This document shows, piece by piece, positions 49,971 through 61,331 of a DNA stretch of 64,000 bases (the stretch's first letter is position 1; each line of letters starts with the position of its first letter). Both the position numbers and the translations under genes were made by a program. Where the stretch lies: assembly GCA_965649825.1 (NCBI GenBank), contig OZ287714.1:124001-188000 (forward strand), read 5' to 3'. Under the pieces are notes generated by a model, which had not been told where the DNA came from, ran no database searches, and worked only from the letters and a program-made list of their open reading frames with translations. The stretch comes from Penicillus capitatus (taxonomy: Eukaryota > Plantae > Chlorophyta).

Positions 49971-52900
49971 ATGCCTCCATCTCTCGCGCGGAATAAGCTA
50001 GTGATCGGACAGATAAACCTCCGCTCCGGCATCCAAGCACTTGACTCGCTGCTTCAGGCTCACATCACATCGACTCTAGATGTTATCGCCGTGTCGGATC
50101 CCCCCAGAAACTGCGCCAATCAAGGCCCACCGGCCTCGGGAACTACCGATGGGTAGCGGCACAAGACCGAGAAAGCTGGGCCGGCTTCCTGATACACCGA
50201 TCTCTCCAGTATTCCTTGGCCGCGGAGCCAACCGTGTTCGCGACGAGCATCCACATCCGAACGGGAACCGGCAGCATCGGTCTACTGTCGTACTACATCA
50301 AGCCGGCCGAGTACGACGAAGCACTGCAACAACTCGAGAGCGCCCTCACCACTCTCCGACTCCGCACTCAAAAATTACTTGCCGTCGGGGACAGCAATGG
50401 GCACAGCCCTCTCTGGAGTCCGGTCGAGGAAACGAATCCGATCGGCGAAAGGCTCGAGGACATGATCCTCAAGTTGGACCTCGTGGTCCTGAACGAACCG
50501 GATGCGCCGCCGACGTTTCACGACGCCAGAGGACGAGGCCACTGGATCGATCTCGGAATGGCCACACGACCCCTCGCAAACGCAATACTCCAATGGACAG
50601 TGGAACCAGGTCATCACGCGGTCACGGACCACGAACTGATCGTTACGCAGATCCAATTGGCATGTGCCCGCAGCACCCCCGCACGGTTTGGAACTGGATG
50701 TCCGCCAATTGAAGCCAGATGCGTGACGATCTCGAAGCCGATCTCCACAGTCACGGCCTCCTCGGGGACGACGCATTCCCAATCTGCACGAAGCACGGAT
50801 CGACGCGGCCATCCACCTGCTCACGGAACGCTGCAGAGGCTCATCCAACAACACACTCCGACGAAGAGCACATGCAACAGGTCCAGAGCGTGGTACGACG
50901 AAGAAACGAAGCGCAAGCACCAGCAGATGAAGAATGCCGAGCGGGCTTGGAAACGGAGTCCCACCGAAGCCAGGGCCGAGACGAAGGATCGCCTGACACT
51001 GGAATACCGCACATTGGCCCAAAAGAAAAAGCAAACGGCCTTCCACACGTTTTGTGCGACGCTAGGTACCGACACCATGTGGTCCGGGATCCAACGGCTC
51101 ATGGGCTCCAAATGTGCCGTCGCCATCGACATGCTAAAGACGCCAACAGGACTCTGCACCGAATCGCAAGACATCGCGAAGGAACTCGCAGCGCGGTACT
51201 TCCGCACGGCATGGGACACCAGCCCACACTCATACCGCCAGCAATGCACGGACGGCCATCGACAATGGACGAGCACGCTGCCTTTCCTCGAAACCGAGCA
51301 CGAAGAATTCACCGCCGCGGAAGTTGAGCTCGAGCTTGAATCTGGTCGCCCACAGGCAGCGCCGGGCCACGACCACATACCTAACCTGGTATACAAGAAG
51401 CTCAGCACGGTGCTGGGGCCGCCAGTCGCCACCATCTTCAATGCATGCTTGGAGCTGGGCTACTTCCCCGCGACGTTCCGTATCCCTCAAGTGGTGAACG
51501 TATCTAAGGCTGGCAAAGACCCGACAAGCGCAGCCGGATACCACCCCATTGCGCTACTTTCAACGCTGGGGAAGAAACTCGAATCGTTGCTCTGTCGTCG
51601 CTTCGCGGAACACATGGAAGCCAGGAAAATCTGGTCGCCGCATCAATATGGATTCCGACGACGAAAGTCGACCACCCAGGCGCTCATCAGGCTCCTCGAT
51701 CGGGCTGCTCTGGCACTCAACCATCGCAATCAGATGGTAGCAGTTTCCTTCGATCTACAGGCTGCATTCGACTCGACGCATCCAGACATTCTCTGGAGGA
51801 AACTACAGGAAGCGGAATTGCCTCAGTACCTTCTGCGTCTACTGGATGGATTCGTCAGGAACCGTGAAGCGTGTCTGCTGCTTGGACAGGAGTAATGGTC
51901 GTTCTTTCCGACAATCGGGTTCCCTCAAGGCTCACCGTTGTCGCCGGTACTCTTCCTAACATTCGCCGATGGACTGCTGCAGGCACTCGCCGGATCAGGA
52001 GAGGGAAAAATGTACGCAGATGATTTAATCATCTGGAAACAACTCAGAGCTGATGGCACGGACGCGACAGATCTACAGATGACGCTGCGCAAGATCGAGG
52101 AATGGGAAGATCGACACGAGATGACGTTTAATGCGGAAAAGACGCAAACACTCAACGTTGCACGCATTCGGAAGAAGGTCTGTCCCACTCTTCGTTTCCA
52201 GAACCAGCCGCTGGTCCCCCAATCATCGATACGGTACCTGGGCATGCAGATCGACAGTCGACTCCTGCTCCCGCAGCACATCCAAGCCATCCAAGCGAAG
52301 GCACTCCGCAGACTCCACTAGATCAAGATAATTGCCTCCCCTTTCTTCGGCTCGAAACCGACGACACTACGACAACTAGTCAAAGGCGCAATCTTACCGG
52401 TGCTGACGTATGGCATTGAGGCATGGGGCTACCGGCTACAAGTGCAATCGCTCAGACAGAAGTTAAACCGCATCACACGTCAGTGCTGCATCTGGATCAC
52501 CGGGACCTTCCCATCCTCGCCAACATACGAAACCAATCATCTGGCCGGCATCGAATCCATCGCAGACCGCTACAAGGAACTCCTGACGCGCTACGCCTTC
52601 CATCATCCCCGCGCCAAGCTGGAACATCTAGTGGACCGATGGGCAGCATGCAATTGGCAACGGCTCACATACTCCCTTCGAACAAGACCTAGCCGAAGAA
52701 CTCCTCCGGAGAACGCAGCAAGATCTGAAACCACCCTGGCAACACCTGACTTATGGCGACTGGAAAGACGAGGTACGACTTCAACAATATCATCGCCAAG
52801 ATCAGATCTGGACACAATCGCAACCATCCCAAACCGGCTACTCCTCAAATGGGGTCCCTTCTGGGCACGTCGCAAATGGTTGTTCAGAGTTATGAAGCGC

Positions 52901-53197
52901 ACGCAACTGTCGCTGCTCTGTCAATTCTTACTCGAACATTGGCCAGCCCGCACGCATCTATACCGCATCCAAAAAGCTGAATCGGAAGCATGTCGTCTCT
53001 GTGCACATCCTCTGGAGAATCACGAACATCTCTTCCAATGTCCTGCACTCCTCCAAGCTCGCACTCATCTATGGCACCGCCCGAAGAACTTGGCTGAAGC
53101 CACACAGCTGATCGCGAAGAAACAATTTCTACGCTCGATCCCGCCTTTTGTTGCACATGTCTATCAAAATTGGGGACTCTCCCACGTACATTGGTAA
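49971..53197 (+). pseudogene. LINE ORF2 pseudogene (endonuclease-reverse transcriptase)
   Basis: Frameshifts near 50105, 50665, 50795 and 50828; in-frame stops TGA ~50710, TAA 51893 and TAG 52319, with homology continuing after each. Confidence 0.9.
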
Positions 53198-53265
53198 ACG
53201 TTGATGTCCGGTATCCCACCCCACATGCCACTGTCACAAGGGGAATTAACACTGATTCGCACACA

Positions 53266-53276
53266 CACGTTGCGTC
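53266..53276 (+). repeat. Target-site duplication, 3' copy (ACGTTGCGTCT)
   Basis: Exact match to 49523..49533; directly preceded by CGCACACAC. Confidence 0.8.
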
Positions 53277-53771
53277 TGGCTGGCAGTCCTATAAATGTTT
53301 TCGCCATGGTCGCCTTTGTCTTCGGAAGCGGAGCCCCTCTCCTTCGCTTTGTCTCTTCATAGCCAAACCTTTGGCCGTAATGTCGCGGATAAGCTTCGAT
53401 ACGCTCGTTCTGATGCATGGCTTATAACCCAGCTTCAAAAAACGATAAACAGCGTGAATGTGGCCGTAGAGTGCAATTTGCTCTTGCTGAATCTGCAGCA
53501 AACGCGTCGTCAGTCGAATGTTGCGCGACATGAACAACTGCGATCGATCCCAATGAAACGCGTTGGGCTCAGCGAATGATGATCACATTAGCAAATCTGT
53601 CCGTGCAAAGGAGGCTACCAGTCAAACTGACAAACAGATATGATTTGTAGAATCCTGTAATTTCAAAGGATCTGCAGTCAGCAGTGAGGCCAGGTGCCAT
53701 CAACAGAATAAAGAAGAAATACAGCAAGCACTCTGATGCAATGATGTTATGGTGACGAGTTCCGTCCTCCT

Positions 53772-54181
53772 TTACGCGTCATCGTATTCCTCCTCCACAA
53801 GATCCATCGCCTCCTGCTCGTTCAGATAAGGCTGGTAGGCCTCTTCACTCGATGAGGCTTCTTCAGAAGGCTTGGCTCCGAAGAAACAGAACTCTGGATG
53901 TCACATCAGCCATGTGCCCCAAAGAGATGTAGATATAACCGTACCATAGACGCCTTCCCTGAGGAACTCAATAAAACCGGCAGTGTCTGAGCCTTTAGGA
54001 TGATTGAGTTCGATGCACCTCATGCCAGGTGCGCCCGAGAACAACGTCAAGGCATCTATCGGAACACATGGCTTCCTCCCGTTCCGATGTTTCAATTCCG
54101 AAAGCATTCGGTGCCAGCATAGAATCCATTGTATGAGATGGTCATGCAGTTGAACTGGTGGAACCATCCACCCATATCCAC
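53772..54181 (-). pseudogene. Orphan 3' end of an unidentified gene abutting the right repeat arm
   Basis: Frame GYGWMVPPVQLHDHLIQW...FIEFLREGVY | GT-AG intron | EFCFFGAKPSEE...DLVEEEYDDA* (TAA at 53774). Its upstream sequence is the eIF3m copy. Confidence 0.55.
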
Positions 54182-55784
54182 TCCGCATTCATGCCTTCGT
54201 GCATCTTCTGTTGCATGTCCTTCAACATGGAGTGCCAAGATGTCAATTGCTCTTTTAGTCTCTTCCAGTCGCTCCCTGAGTCGAATGTAGACTGTGAGGC
54301 TTTGGTGGATGACGGTTGACACGCACCGTCGAATCCTTTGCTGATGCAGGAGGTAACGACGATGACTTCCTGGATCTGATCGATGCGCGCCGACAAGAGT
54401 TTTGCACCTGTCGCCTTGACGATCCATTGCTCGACCTCTTCCCTCTCTGTTTGCAGAGCGGACGCCACTTGGTCATAGAGAATGGGCTTGTTGCCAGTCG
54501 CTCTAGCCAAACCGAGCAGAGCACTCATCCGCGTCTTTTCGAGGCAGTCCTCGCGAGTGATGCCGAGGCTTTGAAGCAGATCTGGCCGACAGACTGTCTC
54601 CAGCTGTGACACAGTCAGTCATATCTGTAGTGGACATGTGGACAACGAAAAGAGCGAGACCTGATTAATCTGTCCTCTGGCAACGGCACTGAAGAGCTGA
54701 TGGAGGTAGAGATGCGTTGGATTCTTCGACAGCGCCTTGACGGGCGCCAGTTCGAGAAGATCGCACGAAAAGGTCTTCGGCGATTTGAGGAAATCGGCGA
54801 CCGCGGCAGCAGCTTCGCCGGCCATTTCCTTGCAGGCCGAACTGTCCGATGCCTAGATGCACAGCGTGTATTGGTCCACGCAGTCGCAGGGGTCGGTCAC
54901 ACGTCCACAGAAGCGAGCGCTTTGGACGTCAATGCCAGTGACTGCATGTGTGTCTCCTTGTCTCCTGCATTGGGACCAACGGCACAGGAGCCTGAGTGAG
55001 TGGGCAGATCGAGGCACCTTTGCTCTGACGAACCAAAACAGCGATGCCCAGATACAACTTGGAGGCCGCCGCATGAGAGAGCTTCTAGTTCTCCACGAGA
55101 GCATCGGCGTGATCTGCCGCACACGACTGACGGAGGCCGTTCGACAGCGAGGTTGCGCACTGCCACCTTTCACAATCGGCGCAAGGATCTCTGCCACGCG
55201 TGCGGAGATGGCAAAGTCGATCGTCTTCATCAGGACGTTGTACTGATCGTCGTTGTGGGCGCAGGCATTGTACAGATGCAGCAAACACGCCAACCGCGTC
55301 TCCGTCTTCGTCTCGTGCTGCATGCAGATGGGAATGGGGCAGGAGCTAGGAGCAATGCGGATGTGACATTCGCTGAGATGGCCGAGGCCAAGGAGACAGC
55401 AAATCTGCTCGAATCTTCCGGGCCGAGTTTCGTCAGCAGATGATGGTTGATGATCTGAATGCAACTCTCGATGTCGGCATCGCTGCCCTTCTCGACGAGG
55501 AGGGGCAGTTGTTCGACGAACAGGGTCAGGATTTTGGGGATGGACGCCTCAGGCACCTGGACCTCGTCTCCCTCGGCGTCTTTCTCGACGAGACGATAGA
55601 AGGACGCGAGAAAGCGGCCTCCCGCCGAATTCGACTCGGCATCGACGGTCTACGGACTCAGTCAGATCTCGACTTAGACGAGTGTTCGGTGAGACACCTG
55701 TCCGCCGTCGAGAATCTCTGCGATGTACTTGAAGACGAGAGAGAACGAGTCTTCCTCCGAAACTTCGAAGAGACAGTTGTTCAT
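54142..55784 (-). CDS. EIF3M: eIF3m, second copy with a different C-terminal tail
   Basis: Mirror of 5541..7144; the single 1-bp indel falls in an intron. Ends NAEWIWVDGSTSSTA* using sequence from beyond the repeat junction. Confidence 0.85.
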
Positions 55785-58700
55785 TGCAGAGCGAAGATGA
55801 CAGGATGGATCGATTTGACGGTTCTCATGGACACTGCCGCTTCATGGAAGGGGATGTCCCCCATTGCTCCGAACAGAAGCGATGTGATCTGCCTCGAATG
55901 TAGCATTGGACCATCGAGCAGCGTGGATGGATCGCAGGAAAGATACGCATCCGGACCGTTGCCGTTGTCTGACGTCGAATGCGGTTTGGACATGAAGCAT
56001 GAATCTCGACATAATCGTAAAACACGAGCAGCTGCAAGCGTCCAAACAGAGAATACAGGTTCTCTTTCATGCAGAGTGTTCGTTATCCTCAACAAGTGTG
56101 ACATCTCTCAGACATGACGACGTCTGGTCTGATAGAATCATCCCCATCAGAAAGCATCAAGCTGCTGAGTCGGTCGCGCTGGTGCTGGTGTTGCATCCTA
56201 ATCGCGCAACGCCATTCGAAATCGTCTTGAAGGGCGTTTCTTTGCCGCTTGAAGGAGAAGCCCTCTTCCATTCTTTGGACGATAACGTTGCCTTGGCTTG
56301 AGGCCATTGAGCAGTCACGTCACGCTCAACTTCGGGCAGCTGACCAAGGCGTGGTCGAGCGGCGCGTTAGTACGTTCGGGTCGGTATAAACGACGAACTT
56401 TCACTGGTAAAAAACAGTCTTTGCGAACGTTAAGCCTTTGTCGTTATAAACGCCTAAGCAACACCACCGTTCTCCTGGTGAACGAGCAACCGCCTGCGTC
56501 CACGAACGAACAGTCACCAGCCCGCACGAACAAACATCCTTGTCAACGGAGCGTGCGAAGGCGAACCGCTTTGTCGAAGACGTCATTCACGTGACGCCCT
56601 CTCTGTCGAACGCACACCAGATCTAACAAGGTTTCTCTGTCTGTGAGCAGTAAGATCTGCCATGTCGCGCCCGGCGAGTAAATGGCTGGAACTCGACCTT
56701 CTCCAAAACGCACTCAAGTCGTCCGTCGACGGACGTTTGGAACAGGAATCGCTCAAAGACGCCCGCAAATCCGTCAGGTCCTTCATCGACAATGGCTCCA
56801 TCGAGGCTGGAAGCGAGGAGCTGACGGAACTCGGGTCCAAAGCCCTCATGCGGTGCATCGTCTACGCCTACTCCGTTCGCGTTTTCGAACAGAAGGGAGC
56901 CATGTGTGGACCCTTGGCACGTGTACTTGAATGGTTCGTCCGTCGCACGGATACCGAAACGCAACGCGATTTCTGGGACGTCCTTCTGTTTTCTCGAAAG
57001 TACAATGCATCGAAGCTCTCTGTCGGTGATGTGACGGTGGGAAAGTGGAAAAAAGAACAAAGAAAGCATAACGAGCAGCCAGATCTGGGCATCCTGCTGG
57101 AACTCCTGTCCATTCCCCAGTCCACGGGACAGGAGGTCGACGCCATCGTGGGTCTCGTCGAAATGGCCCTGCGCGAAATGCGAACGCACTTGCCGCAGCC
57201 GGGCTCGCCGAGTGACTCTCGGGGACAGGACGCGGAGCAAAGAGCCTTGCAACACATCGCCTGTTCTCCTGAACTTCTCACGCTTTTTGTCAGCCCTTTG
57301 GTTGTGAAGACCATCTCACAGGGGCGAATCCCCTCCGATCAGTGTCTGCAGATCTCTGTAGAGGAAACGACGGAGTTGACGTGGAGCGATGGAAGATACG
57401 ATCGTGGCCGTCGTTGCACGATTGGTCCAAGAAAGAGGCCCGACGCGTTGATCGTTGATGCACTGATATCGCTGACGTCTCTCCGCGACGTGGCCGAGTT
57501 GATCTCAAGTCTCTCGGACGTTTACGATCCGTCTTCTGCCTTTGCCAAATCTCAACTGCGCAGCAAAATCCTGGACGTTATCTTCTTCTCGGATGGCGTC
57601 GTGATGTTTGACGCCTTGTGCTCCACTCTTCGTAGCACCGAGAAAAGGAACGACGCTCTGGTGCTCGACATCCTTGTCTACCTTTTTCAATCATCTTTTC
57701 GTTTTGGAGATCTCCCTGTGCTTACCATTGCGCGCTTCTCAGGATTTGTGTCTTTTTGTCTCAGAACCATCGGTCACTCGATTCCACAAGATGTCATAGA
57801 CGCCTGTCTCAGATCCGTCACTCAGTTTCAGCCTCAGACCAAGAAAGAGAAGGAGTGGCGCTTTGAACGCCTTTCGCTCTTGCGTTTTTTCTTTGCGGAC
57901 GACGTCGCACTCCCACCGGTCGCGAGTCTTGATGCGGACATGTTTCATTCTCTGGGGAGTTTGTTCCTTTTCCAGCATCGCGATCCGGATTTGGCACATC
58001 TGAAAAAAGATGCAGAGAAGCTGTCCTCGACGCTCGAGTCCCTTTCCCGTTACTGCCACTATGCGGACGATCAGTTCAGCGTCTTTCCGTGCCTGTTGCA
58101 GCTGGCCCGAGAGAACGGAGGGCACTTCTGCGTGCCCCTCCAGAATTCCTGTTCTCTGGACATGATCAAGAGATGGACGAAACGTCCAGGGATCGATGAT
58201 GTCCGCGTGCTTGTCGATCTTCTTCTGAGCCACGAGGACGAAGAAGGAGACTGGCTTCGTCTGGCACTGAACTGGCTGATGGAATCTGCCAACGGACAAC
58301 AGGCGTTGCAGGACGCGGAGATCGGGGAATCGACATGGGCAGAGGTGCGCGATCGCTTCCTTAAGCTGATGAGCGACGTCGGAGGGCAGAGCATCGACAC
58401 GGTTCTCTGTTTGACGCGTCTGGTGTACCTTCTGCTGAACCTGCATCCCGAGATCGTCGAGCCAGCCCTGACGCTTGTTGCTCGTGGCATCGTTCATTTC
58501 GAAATGCCCGATGACGAATTCGATCTGTTAATGGGGGCCATGACGGCCGACCTGCGTCGATCGGATGCTGTCATGAGGAAGCTGCTGTCTGCCGCCTTCG
58601 ATGCGTCCTTTTCCGACGGGTCAATCTCTGACACCGCCTTCTTCGACATGCTGGTCGCATTCGTGGAGAGACAGCCTAAGGAAGACAAAAGAGCTATCTG

Positions 58701-61331
58701 TCGTGTCATCCGTCAACTGGTGCACAGAGTCTTCGATCTCATGGAGAAAGATGAGAGCGACATCCAGACGGAAGGTTTGAAGAAACTGGTGCATCTTGCC
58801 ATCGAAGAGAGAACGGATAGCGGAACGGAAGCAGAAGAAGAGGCCGACTCCTCGCAGGATACACACATGCGTCCGTTCCTCTCGGCCACCTTCCCGGAAG
58901 GCAAGACTGTCCAGGTCGACACGGCGTCGTTGGACGGTATGAAGAAAATGGTTGCCGTGTTCGGTCGTCGTCAGCTAAACCTGGCGAGTGCGTCACTGAG
59001 AAAAGAGATCCTATCGCCTTCGGAGATGGAAGGCGCAACGGAGGGCTCTGACGATCGCTCCAGCGAGAGATCCGCATCTCTGATCCCAACAGAGACGACA
59101 GAAGAGAACATTCGGATGATCGAAGAGATCGTGGAGCACGATCGCTCTGTTCTGCTCTACGGAGCATCTGGAGTGGGGAAGACGGCCACTCTGAGGGAGC
59201 TGGCGGACCGAAGGGGCGTCGAATTGGTCCGTCTCAACATGTCCTCGAATCTCTCTCCGGAGGACTTTCTGGCGAAGATATCATTCGATCCCGTCGGGCA
59301 GATCGTGCTCGATGTGCAGCCCTTCGCCAGGAGCTTCGAGAAAGGCGACTGGGTCCTGCTCGATGAGATGAACCTGGCGGAGGAGAGTGCCCTCAAGGTG
59401 GTCGTCGATGCATTGGAGAGTGGCGAGATCGTGCTTTGCGACCAGAGCTCTGCACTGACGCCTCCTCGCATTCTGAAGAAGCATCCAAACTTCAGGCTGT
59501 TTGCCACCCAGAATCCGTGGCAGGCTGGAAAGAGAGAGCGAATGAGCCACGCCTTCTTCTCTCAGTTCTCCGTCGTGCACTTCAAGGAGCTGCCGAAGCA
59601 AGAGTGGGATCACATCGTACAGTCGACACTGCACCGCCACTTCGAAGGCGCAGAGACGGATCTCATTCGCGCCGTGGCAGGAAAGATGACCGGTTTCCAT
59701 TGCGACGTCAGAGAAGCCATCCAGAGCAGGTGCTGCGAGACGGGAAGCCACACCGTCGTCACGAACCGGGAGCTGTTGATGTGGACAGCAATGATATCAA
59801 CCGCCGAACAGCTGCCCAAGACGGACGAAGAGCTCGGCGACTATGCATGGCTGATCTACGGCAGCCGGTTCAGGGAGGACGGCCAGCAGCTGGTTCGAGA
59901 CGTCCTGAGCGAGAGTGGCCTGTCTGCCAGCCAGCAGAACGCCCCGTCGGGCACACCCCTTTCCAGTTTCGAAAGAATGGTGCAGGCATACGGCGCTCTG
60001 ACATCGGAAGGCAGACAGGGATGCGGATTCGAAGCGGGGGCCTTTTGGAAAAGACACTTCCCTGCAAAAGCATTGCCGGACGACAGCGTCAAGACGGTCG
60101 AGCGATGCTTGTCCATCCACGGAGATGTCTCGCGAGCCGTGCTCGATCCAGACTTCATGCGACGTCACGGAGTGTACAGTTCGTTCTCCGAGTTCTGGTT
60201 GGCGCAGTGGATCGCGGATGCCCTGCAGACAGGGTGCTTCAGGAGCGACAATCCAGAGGAGTTAGGCCGACTTGGCGCCGAGATCTACTGCCCCGCTTTC
60301 AGGACGGACGAAGCCCGGACGGTCATCCTGGACATCTTTGCGGCGAAGTGGAACGTCGATCGAGCCTCCGTGCCTTTCCGCAGCTCTGTCGTGCCGGAGA
60401 TGCCCGTGGCGCTCAATGATCAGTCATGTGCGTTGCTGACGGCGCTGGTCAATGCGCTGCGGAGCGAGCAGCCCATTCTGATCGAGGGATGTGCTGGATC
60501 GGGCAAGACCTGTTTGGCGAAGACGATCGCCTTCCTCCTGAGAAACCGCTACGAGCAAGTCACGCTCACCGCGGAGAGCGAACCCTCCGTCATGCTCGGA
60601 GAACACCTGCCCAAGGAGAACAGCCGTGAAGACATCGCCATAGAGTGGAGGGACGGTCCGCTGACGAGATCCTTCAAAGATGGCAGCGCCTGCATCGTGG
60701 ACAACATCGGTCAAGCAGAGGCAGTGTTGCAGGAGCGCGTCAACCCCGTACTGGAGTCGCCGAAGATCCTCTGCCTGTCGGAGAAGGGGGAGACGAAGAA
60801 TCTGCGTTGCCGCGTCCTGGCAGATGGGACGGTGTCCAAGGTGCCGGGGCCTGCGGCAGGATTCCAGTTCATCGCAACGCACACTCCGAAGGGCGTTGCT
60901 TCGAGAGGATACGACAGCTCGTCGAACGAACTGACTGCCGCCCTGGCCAACCGATTCCTCACAGTGCATGTGGACGATCCCGCACGGCTGCCAGACAGAG
61001 AGTTCTGCTCCGTCCTGCACTCCATGCTGCGATGCTCCCTGTGCGACGAGCATTGTCGACAGCATGCCGAAGGCATCTGCGATTACTGTCTAAGAATCCG
61101 AAGCTTTCTGCACAGGCAGGGAGGAAGGTGCAGCTTCAGACATTTCGTCACATTCCTGGACATCGCGACAAACCTGATGGTCCGGTATCCGCAGACAGAT
61201 GCAAGGGACTGCCTGCATTGTGCACTGATGGCAGCATTTGTCTTCCGCGCCAAGGACCGACAGCAAAGCAGTGACCTGCTGGATCACATGGGCTGCCGTT
61301 CGGACGTTCTGAGCAGACTGCAACTGCGTGA
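54182..61331. repeat. Right arm of the inverted duplication (outer limit not visible because the left arm leaves the window)
   Basis: Reverse complement of 1..7144. Confidence 0.98.

Larger units (their letters stand above)
49534..53265 (+). mobile_element. Degenerate non-LTR retrotransposon (LINE): ORF1 remnant plus APE-RT-CCHC ORF2
   Basis: APE motifs (QINL, VGDSNGHSPLW, PTF, IDL, TDH); RT motifs (PGHDHI, IALL, QYGFR, SFDLQAAFD, GFPQGSPLSP, YADD, YLG); C-terminal CRLC-x7-HxxxxC. Bounded by an 11-bp direct repeat with a short (CA)n tail. Confidence 0.93.

Noticed and set aside
51893-52321. In-frame TAA/TAG in the LINE as evidence for the ulvophyte TAR=Gln code
   Set aside because: Host genes end in TAA/TAG (eIF3m, PP2C, NASP, SNF7), and the element also has a TGA and frameshifts. 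Simple decay explains it.
53295-53579. 94-aa ORF just after the LINE
   Set aside because: No recognisable motif, and the ATG overlaps a TATAAA-like sequence. Not supportable as a gene.
1-61331. Arms as terminal inverted repeats of a giant transposon or integrated virus
   Set aside because: No transposase, integrase, recombinase, polB or capsid gene in the window, and the interior is core intron-rich host genes.
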